Positions 57,208 through 64,000 of a DNA stretch of 64,000 bases are shown piece by piece; the first letter of the stretch is position 1, and each line of letters opens with the position of its first letter. Below the pieces are notes generated by a model. The model ran no database searches and was not told where the DNA came from. It saw only the letters and a list, made by a program, of their open reading frames with translations. The stretch spans positions 1,664,001-1,728,000 of the forward strand of contig OZ245033.1 in assembly GCA_965224025.1 (NCBI GenBank), written 5' to 3'. Position numbers and translations under genes: made by a program. This DNA is from Candidatus Multivorans sp. (GTDB taxonomy: Bacteria; Acidobacteriota; Thermoanaerobaculia; Multivoradales; Multivoraceae).

Positions 57208-58299
57208 GTGCTGAAAGGGCTCCCGATCCTGGTCGCGCTGTTCCTCGCCGCGGTCCAGGAACCGGGCGTCGGCCGCTATCCGGACATGCCGCCGGGCCGG
57301 CCGCCAACCGTCGACGTGCCCGCCGCGGACGCAGCCACCGAAACCGAAATGCGGCCCTACCGCGAGAGGGTCGCCGGCGTCAGCGCCGAAGGCGGCGAGA
57401 CGCACCTCGACATGGCGCCGGTTCCGGGCGGTGAGTTCCAACTAGGCAGCCCGGAGAACGAGGCCGGGCGCGGCGACCTGGAGTCTCCGCGTCGCCGCGT
57501 GCGGGTCGGCCCGTTCTGGATGGCGACCCACGAGACGACCTGGGACCTGTACCGCGTCTTCATGTTCGACACGGACCGCGGCGGCGAGGAGCCCGGCGCC
57601 CCCTGGGCCGACGCCGTCAGCAGGCCGACGCCGCCCTACCGGCCGATGGACTTCGGCATGGGCGTCGAGGGCTTCCCCGCGATCTCGATGACTCAGTTCG
57701 CGGCCCGGCAGTTCACCAAGTGGCTCTCGATGAAGACCGGCCGCTTCTACCGTCTGCCGACCGAAACCGAGTGGGAGTACGCCTGCCGTGCCGGGACGGA
57801 GACCGCATGGTCCTTCGGCGACGACGCGGCGATTATCGACGGCTTCGCCTGGCATGCCGGCAACAGCGGCCGCCGTTACCAGCAGGTGGCCCAGCTCGAA
57901 GCGAACGCGTGGGGCCTCTTCGACCTGCACGGCAATGTGGCCGAATGGACCCTCGACGCCTACGCCGACTACGCCGCACTGGGCGAAGGCGACCTCCTGG
58001 TCGAGCCGATCGCCTGGCCGGCCAAGGAATTTCCTCGCAGCGTCCGGGGCGGATCCTGGCAGGACGAGCCGGTGGCGCTGCGCTGCGCCGCGCGACGCGC
58101 CTCGGAACTCTCCTGGAAGCGGATGGACCCGCAGATTCCCCAGAGCGTCTGGTACCACACGAACGCCCGCTTCCTCGGCCTCCGGGTCGTGCGACCGCTG
58201 GTTGAGCCTTCCCCGGAAGAACAGCTCGAGTACTGGGAGCCGGACCTGGACTCGGTACGCAGAATCGTCGATCGCCAGAGACGCGGCGAACGCGACTGA
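57208..58299 (+). CDS. Formylglycine-generating enzyme family (SUMF1/FGE-sulfatase domain) protein
   Basis: VPGGEFQLGS, YRLPTETEWEYACRAG, NAWGLFDLHGNVAEW, RGGSW, LGLRVV; GGAGG before GTG. Confidence 0.9.
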   Translation: MLKGLPILVALFLAAVQEPGVGRYPDMPPGRPPTVDVPAADAATETEMRPYRERVAGVSAEGGETHLDMAPVPGGEFQLGSPENEAGRGDLESPRRRVRVGPFWMATHETTWDLYRVFMFDTDRGGEEPGAPWADAVSRPTPPYRPMDFGMGVEGFPAISMTQFAARQFTKWLSMKTGRFYRLPTETEWEYACRAGTETAWSFGDDAAIIDGFAWHAGNSGRRYQQVAQLEANAWGLFDLHGNVAEWTLDAYADYAALGEGDLLVEPIAWPAKEFPRSVRGGSWQDEPVALRCAARRASELSWKRMDPQIPQSVWYHTNARFLGLRVVRPLVEPSPEEQLEYWEPDLDSVRRIVDRQRRGERD

Positions 58300-59164
58300 C
58301 TACTCCGGCAGCTCTACCGCGAGCCGCAGCGTCGGGTGCGTCTCCGGCGCGGCGAGGGCGTTCAACACGGCGAAGGACAGCTCGAAGTCCGCGGCGTTCT
58401 CCCCGGTCACGGAGAGTTCCACCGTTCCGTAGGACCCCACGTTGACTACGGCGCCGCGATCGTAGAGACGCTGCGGGCCGACGCTCAGAAGCTCAACGAC
58501 CCGCCTGAGCGGTTCGCGAGCGCCACCGTCACCACGCTGCCTCCCCGATACCTGACGCCCGAAACCACCAGAGTCGCTTCGAGCAGGGGGACCACGACGT
58601 CCTCCCGTCCGATCAGCTCGTTGCCTTTCCAGGCGGCCGTGCGGTTGGCATGCAAGGCCTCCCGGATGGATTCCGCAGTCCGCTCCTCGGCCAGGACCAG
58701 GGTTGCCGTTCTGTGACCGCCGCCGTGGACGTCGTAGTCGCAGTCGATCAGACCGTGCACGTCCGAAACACCGAGAACGGCGAGGTCGTAGTCGAGCGCG
58801 ATCTGGAGCGCCTCCGCCTAGTACGTGTGCTCGTTCGCCACCTCGATCCCGTGTAGCAGGCCGTCCGCGATCAACCGGCGGTGCATGTCCGTAAGCCTGG
58901 CCACTCCGTCACGCCGCTGGGGAATCCAGTTCCCCGGCGCGGGGTTGATACTCCAGATGTTCGGTCACGGCGAGCAGGGCAAGGCCGTCCCGCTCAGACT
59001 TCTGGACCCGGATGACCGGCCACACCGAACCGTCCGAGAACACGGAATGGGTGTGCGGGTCGACAGCGAGCGTGCGGTAGCCGCCCACATCCGGAAACTC
59101 GATCGCCCGGCTCTGCGCGCCGACCGCTGTCAGAGGTGCTGCCGCGACCAGGGGACAGGGTCAT
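58300..59164 (-). pseudogene. Decayed tandem paralog of the PHP-domain phosphoesterase
   Basis: RAIEFPDV...HTHSVFSDG...TEHLEYQP, then a large internal deletion, an in-frame TAG after EHTY and frameshifts; ends HPTLRLAVELPE*. Confidence 0.85.
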
Positions 59165-59193
59165 TGCAACACCTGCTTCGCCTACCCGTCCCT

Positions 59194-60402
59194 TCATTCG
59201 GCCTCGCTCGCCGGCCCCAGTTCCACGTCCAGTCGCAGGGTCGGGTGGGACTCGGGCGCCTGGAACGCGTTCAGCACCTCGAACGCCATCTCGAAGCTCG
59301 TCCGGGATTCGCCGCTGATCGCCAGGTCGAGGTCGCTGTGCGGCTCGACACGCATCACCGACGGCGGACCGTTGAAGCGGTGTCCACTCACCACTCGCAA
59401 ATCGAAGGCGGCGTCCGACACGTTCGAGAGCCTGATGTCGATCAGCTCGTCGCCGGCGCTGCGTTCCACCTTCGTCAGCAGGAGCGAAGCTTCGACCAGC
59501 GGCATCAGTACGTCTTCCCGCCCGATCAACCAGTTGCCCATCCAGGCGACTGTGCGATTCGCGTGCAGCGCCTGCTTGATCGACTCCGCGCTTCGCTCCT
59601 CGGCGAACACCAGGGTCGCCGTGCGGTGCCCGCCGGCATGCGGGAGGTAGTCCCAATCGATCAGACCGTGAATGTCGGACACGCCCAGGATCGCCAAGTC
59701 GTTGTCGAGCGCGATCTGCAGCGACTCCGCGGAGTAGAAGTCCCCGTTCGCAACCTCGATGCCGTGGAGCAGCCCATCGGCGATCAGCTGTGTGTGCATC
59801 TCGGTCAGCTTCGCGACGCCGTCGGGCCGCTGCCGCGGCCAGTTCGGGTGATTCCAGAACACGAAGGCTCCCTGCCCATTGGCCGCCTCGATCGCCTGTT
59901 GCGCCTCGCGCTCGCTCGCCTGCTGCTCCTCGGGAATGGACGGGCGGAGCCGAGTCATGTAGTCCGCCTCACCGATCTCCACGAGGAGGGCGTTCGCATC
60001 CGTGATGAACACGGCGTTCACGTGGCCCGGCGGCATGCTGCGGGTGATCTCCGCGCCGTTGACCACGATCACGTCGGACGCCACTTCCGCAGCGTACTCG
60101 CTGGCGACGGCGTGAGACCGGTTCCGGTCCGGATGCGGGATGTCCTCCCGCCGCGGCTGGTACTCGAGATGCTCGGTGACTGCCATCAGCGTCAGACCGT
60201 CCCGCTCAGACTCCTGCATGCGGATGACCGGCCACACCATGCCGTCCGAGAAGACGGAATGCGTGTGCAGGTCGACGGCGAACGTGCCGTAGCCGTCGAT
60301 GTCGGGAAACTCGATCGCGCGCTCCTGGGCGTTCAGTGCGGCTGCCGCAGCAAGCGCTGCGAAGGCCACGATCAGCGCACTGTTGGCTGGTCGACTCTTC
60401 AT
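59194..60402 (-). CDS. Secreted PHP-domain phosphoesterase (Sb-PDE-like)
   Basis: Signal peptide, DLHTHSVFSDG, VTEH, PPGHVNA, FWNHP, GIEVAN, GVSDIH. Confidence 0.88.
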   Translation of the reverse strand: MKSRPANSALIVAFAALAAAAALNAQERAIEFPDIDGYGTFAVDLHTHSVFSDGMVWPVIRMQESERDGLTLMAVTEHLEYQPRREDIPHPDRNRSHAVASEYAAEVASDVIVVNGAEITRSMPPGHVNAVFITDANALLVEIGEADYMTRLRPSIPEEQQASEREAQQAIEAANGQGAFVFWNHPNWPRQRPDGVAKLTEMHTQLIADGLLHGIEVANGDFYSAESLQIALDNDLAILGVSDIHGLIDWDYLPHAGGHRTATLVFAEERSAESIKQALHANRTVAWMGNWLIGREDVLMPLVEASLLLTKVERSAGDELIDIRLSNVSDAAFDLRVVSGHRFNGPPSVMRVEPHSDLDLAISGESRTSFEMAFEVLNAFQAPESHPTLRLDVELGPASEAE

Positions 60403-60502
60403 GTCGGGCTCCTCGTGAGTTGCGGATGTTTCCGGCTGCGTGTTCAGGGCGGCTGGATCGCCGAGGATAGCGCCGCCAACCGGTTCAGCGACAAAACCTG
60501 CA

Positions 60503-61477
60503 TCAAGAGATGGCGTCCGCGCCTCGGCGCCGACGCCAGACGTCGGTCGCCACCGCCAGCAGGATCGCCGCGCCGGTGATAATCCGCTTCGTCGGTTCGG
60601 TGGCGCCGGCCTGGGCGAGACCGGTCTGGAGCACGGCGATCACCAGCACGCCCAGGAGAGTGCCCGTCACCGACCCGCGGCCCCCAAGCAGCGACGTGCC
60701 GCCGATGACCACCGCGGCGATCGCCGACAGCTCCATTCCGATCGCGGCGTTCGGATCCGCCGACTGCAGGTAGCCGACCTGGCAGAGGCCGGCGGCCGCC
60801 GCCAGCAACCCGGCAAGCGTGAAGACCGCGAACTGAACCCGGGCCGGCCGAACGCCGCAGCGGTGGAGCGCGGTCCGGTTGCCGCCGACCGCGAAGACGT
60901 AGCGACCGAACGCGGTGCGCGAGAGCACGAACTGCAGCGCCCCGACGACGGCGAGCGAACCGATGAAGGCAACGGACAGTCCCAGGATCGGCACGTTGGC
61001 GCCGAGCGCGGCGACCCGATCACCCAGGTAGCTCGTCCTCGACTCGGTGACGAGGTACGTCGACCCGCGCGCGATCTCGAGCATCCCGAGCGTCACGAGG
61101 AAGGATGGAATGGACCAGCGCGCGACCAGGACGCCGTTGATCGCGCCGCACAACGCGCCGGCGGCAAGCGCGGCAAGCGCCGCCACGAAGAGTGGCACGC
61201 CCTGATCCACGGTCAGGACACCCAGCACGGCCGCCGCCAGAGCCAGCACCGAACCGACCGAGAGATCGATGCCGCCCGCGATCAGCACCAGGGTCAGGCC
61301 GGCCGACGCGACGACCAGCGGCGGCAACTGGTTCGCCAGGGCGCGAAACGTCAGGGCGCTCCAGAAATGGTCCGTCACCAGCCCGAAGGCCATGCAGAGG
61401 CCAAGCAGAACGAGGACCAGACCGCCCCGGTAACCGAGCGCAAAGCCGACACGCCCGCCAGGGAGGGCCAGCGTCAT
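60503..61477 (-). CDS. Monosaccharide (ribose-type) ABC transporter permease
   Basis: GGIDLSVGS, FGRYVFAVGGN, ELSAIAAVVIGGTSL.GGRG. Confidence 0.93.
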   Translation of the reverse strand: MTLALPGGRVGFALGYRGGLVLVLLGLCMAFGLVTDHFWSALTFRALANQLPPLVVASAGLTLVLIAGGIDLSVGSVLALAAAVLGVLTVDQGVPLFVAALAALAAGALCGAINGVLVARWSIPSFLVTLGMLEIARGSTYLVTESRTSYLGDRVAALGANVPILGLSVAFIGSLAVVGALQFVLSRTAFGRYVFAVGGNRTALHRCGVRPARVQFAVFTLAGLLAAAAGLCQVGYLQSADPNAAIGMELSAIAAVVIGGTSLLGGRGSVTGTLLGVLVIAVLQTGLAQAGATEPTKRIITGAAILLAVATDVWRRRRGADAIS

Positions 61478-62430
61478 CCGCCAGCCGGTGCGGCGATCAG
61501 GTCGACCGGAGTCTGACGATCCGCAGCCTCGCCGCCGCCCAGGATCTCGAGCGCGGCCTCGATGCCGAACACGGCGAGCTGGTCGGCGTGCTGGTCGGCA
61601 GTGGCGAGGACCTCACCCGCCGCCACCAGTTCCGACACCGCATCGATGTTGTCGAAGCCGACGATCAACACGTCGTCCCGACCGCTCTGCCGGCCCGCGG
61701 CGAGCGCCCCGAGGGCCATGTTGTCGTTGGCGCACAGCAGCGCTTTCAACTGCGGGTGCTCGCGCAGCATCGCCGCCGCCACCGTGTTCGCCTGCTCCTG
61801 CTCCCAGCCGCCGCTCTGGATCTCGACGATCTCCGCGCCGGCCGCGTTCATCGCGTCTTCGAACCCGGCCTGCCGCTGCTGGGCGTTGAACGCGGTCGGA
61901 ATGCCTCCGACGATCGCCACCTGGTCGCCCGGTTCGAGCCGCGCCGCGAGCACCTCGCCCACCCGACGAGCGCCGTCGCGGTTGTCGGGCCCGACGAAGG
62001 GCGCGTCCAACCCGGCCTCCGCCGCCACCTCGATGTCGAGCCGGTTGTCGATGTTGACGACCACGACTCCGGCTGCCTGCGCCCGCGCCAGCGCCGGCGC
62101 CAAGGCCTTCGAATCCGCCGGCGCGATCACGATCGCGTCGCTGCCCGAGGCCACCATCTGCTCGACCAGAGCGACCTGCTGGGCAAGGTCGCTCTCGTTC
62201 CGGGTGCCGTTGACGACCAGGTCGTACTCACCGGCATTGGCCTCTTGGTGAGTTCGGGCGCCCTCGGCCATCGTCTCAAAGAACTCGTTGGCCAGGGACT
62301 TCATGACCAGCGCGATCCGGGGCCGCGCGACGTCCTCGGCGCTGGGCGTCTCGCCGCCGCCACATCCGACCGCCAGGGCCACCGCGACGAACATGACCGG
62401 AACCGCCGGCCGAACGTTGTGCTTTGCCAT
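61474..62430 (-). CDS. Sugar ABC transporter substrate-binding lipoprotein (RbsB-like)
   Basis: Lipobox LAVGC, KSLANEFF, VGPDN, ANDNMALGA, VGFDN. Confidence 0.92.
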   Translation of the reverse strand: MAKHNVRPAVPVMFVAVALAVGCGGGETPSAEDVARPRIALVMKSLANEFFETMAEGARTHQEANAGEYDLVVNGTRNESDLAQQVALVEQMVASGSDAIVIAPADSKALAPALARAQAAGVVVVNIDNRLDIEVAAEAGLDAPFVGPDNRDGARRVGEVLAARLEPGDQVAIVGGIPTAFNAQQRQAGFEDAMNAAGAEIVEIQSGGWEQEQANTVAAAMLREHPQLKALLCANDNMALGALAAGRQSGRDDVLIVGFDNIDAVSELVAAGEVLATADQHADQLAVFGIEAALEILGGGEAADRQTPVDLIAAPAGG

Positions 62431-62503
62431 AGCGGGATACAGCGTACTGGAAGGTCTCACGCCGCCGCCCGCCGAGGCCAGGCCTGCCGGCCTCCCGCCG
62501 GAT

Positions 62504-62580
62504 GCACCGACCACCCGGTCGGTACGCGGGCCTCCGGCCGGCTTCCGGGAACCACCGCGCCGCGAAGTTGCGACCACTAG
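62504..62580 (+). repeat. Intergenic REP-like element, family 1, diverged copy C
   Basis: gcaccgacc...gccggcttccggga...cgcgccgcg..g..gcgacca resembles 841-917. Confidence 0.45.
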
Positions 62581-63821
62581 TCCACCGCCAGTTCCACGGC
62601 CTCCGCAAACCTCGCCAGCCCGCTCTCCGCCGCCGCCCGGTCGGCGGCCGGCACCTTCGACTCCTCCGCCTCGTAGTGCAACGCCAGTACCTCCAACCGA
62701 CCCTGCCGCCGATGCGCCTTCAGGTCATAGCGCGCCACCAGCCGGTCGCCGGCCAGCACCGGCATGCAGTAGTAGCCGTACCGGCGCTTCGAGGCCGGCT
62801 TGAAGATCTCGAGGATCTGGTCGAAGCCGAACAGATAGGCCACCCGGTTGCGGCGCCAGAGCACGGGGTCGAACGGCGACAGGAGCACGCCCCGGTCCGG
62901 CACCGGCCGCACGCGCCGAAGCCGGGCCGCCAGATCGAGGTCCTCCGTGCGCACCCAACCCGGCCGCCGCTTGCCGTCGACCATGATCAAGTCACACGGA
63001 ACCGCCTGCCCCGCCGACGCCAGATCCTCCAAAGCAGCCTTGATCTGCGGCCGCACGTTCTTGAGCCGCCACGTGTCGGCCAGCGTGCCGATCGTCGCCC
63101 AGCCGTGCCCCTCCAGCGCCCGCAGGATCAACGCCCGAAGCGACTCCTCGAGGCCCCACTCCTGCCGGCGCCATTGCTTCGGAATCACCCGTTCCGGAAG
63201 ATCGAACGTGCGCTGGAAGTTGTGCCGCGAGCGGATCGCCAGTTGGCCGGTAGTCCACAAGGAGTAGGCAACCCAACGCTCCCGCTTCGACCGCCACATC
63301 TCGCCCATCATCGGTCCCTTGAGGTCGAGCGACCGCATCGGCCCCTCGGCCTCGACCTGGCGCAGAATCGCCTCCGCGACCTCCGGGTACTCGCGTATCC
63401 CGCCGCCGTGCCAGGTCCTGCAGCTTCGGTACCCGTCCCGGCGAAAGCCGAACGCCGGGTAGAGGTCGATCGGGATCCAGCTCGCCTCGTGGCCCCAGTA
63501 CTCGAAGATCGGCTCGCCCGGCTGCAGGAGTTCCTCGGGCAGATTCCGGTCGATACCCGGCCAGCGGGACAGCGGCACGAGCGCGTGGGTCCTGGCCCCG
63601 GCAACGGAGATCGTGTCGAGCTGCAGGTAGCCGAAGCGCCCGATCAGCGCGTGAAGCGCGCGCCTCGCCCGCAGGCCCCGGCCGGAGGCCGACCGCGGCA
63701 GTCCGGTCCACTCCGGCTTGAGCAGGCCCGCCCGCGCCAGCGCCAACCGGCGGGCTTCGCGGACCGTGATCTCGGCCCGGCCAGCTCCCGCCGCAACAGC
63801 ATCCGTGACGTTCCGAGGCAT
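62577..63821 (-). CDS. YcaQ/AlkZ-family (HTH_42) crosslink-repair DNA glycosylase
   Basis: LQLDTISV (QxD motif), FEYWGHEASWIP, LLSPFDPVLW.R, EIF.PA.KRRYGYY.MPVL. Confidence 0.9.
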   Translation of the reverse strand: MPRNVTDAVAAGAGRAEITVREARRLALARAGLLKPEWTGLPRSASGRGLRARRALHALIGRFGYLQLDTISVAGARTHALVPLSRWPGIDRNLPEELLQPGEPIFEYWGHEASWIPIDLYPAFGFRRDGYRSCRTWHGGGIREYPEVAEAILRQVEAEGPMRSLDLKGPMMGEMWRSKRERWVAYSLWTTGQLAIRSRHNFQRTFDLPERVIPKQWRRQEWGLEESLRALILRALEGHGWATIGTLADTWRLKNVRPQIKAALEDLASAGQAVPCDLIMVDGKRRPGWVRTEDLDLAARLRRVRPVPDRGVLLSPFDPVLWRRNRVAYLFGFDQILEIFKPASKRRYGYYCMPVLAGDRLVARYDLKAHRRQGRLEVLALHYEAEESKVPAADRAAAESGLARFAEAVELAVD

Positions 63822-63825
63822 CTGA

Positions 63826-64000
63826 TCAGAACTCCACGCTCAGGGAGATCTGCACCCGGCGCGGGTCGAAGCGGTCGCGGGGTTCTCCGAAGGCGGCGTC
63901 GCGCCGGAACGGGTTCATGTTGTAGCCGGTCTGGCGGTCGAACAGGTTGAAGAGATCGACTCGCAGCCGAGCGCCCAGGTCCGCCGGCAGGAGGAAGCGT
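63826..64000 (-). CDS. TonB-dependent receptor, C-terminal fragment (gene continues beyond the window)
   Basis: RVDLFNLFD...FGEP...PRRVQISLSVEF* with terminal Phe, typical of Oar-type TBDTs. Confidence 0.8.
   Translation of the reverse strand, partial: RFLLPADLGARLRVDLFNLFDRQTGYNMNPFRRDAAFGEPRDRFDPRRVQISLSVEF

Overview
High-GC bacterial chromosomal window. The repeated secreted Cys module and the adhesin-like Calx-beta/FN3/cadherin proteins suggest an Acidobacteriota (Thermoanaerobaculia-like) and possibly host-associated organism; this is inference. Housekeeping genes (prolyl oligopeptidase, mpg, glnS, gltX, galE, mdh, ferritin, icmF, ABC sugar transporter, AlkZ/YcaQ glycosylase) alternate with two accessory zones. 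(1) A defence-like island between convergent glnS and gltX (about 10.1-21.3 kb). It holds a GlnRS fused in frame to a PD-(D/E)XK nuclease, an MNT-HEPN pair, an SNF2 helicase + Mre11/SbcD-like nuclease + SMC/Rad50-like ATPase cluster and a decayed Xre/RES toxin-antitoxin. Its core is bracketed by two diverged copies of the antitoxin 5' region. (2) A cluster of secreted proteins (31.7-51.3 kb) in which five otherwise different proteins, including an alkaline phosphatase, share one ~110-aa four-cysteine module (WFF-x-REN-x-E-x-LVKVL-x-GC). One of these genes is split by an ISL3 element with an 8-bp target duplication and another is frameshifted. Several pseudogenes and small flanking duplications indicate ongoing gene insertion and erosion. 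No rRNA, tRNA or CRISPR array was seen.
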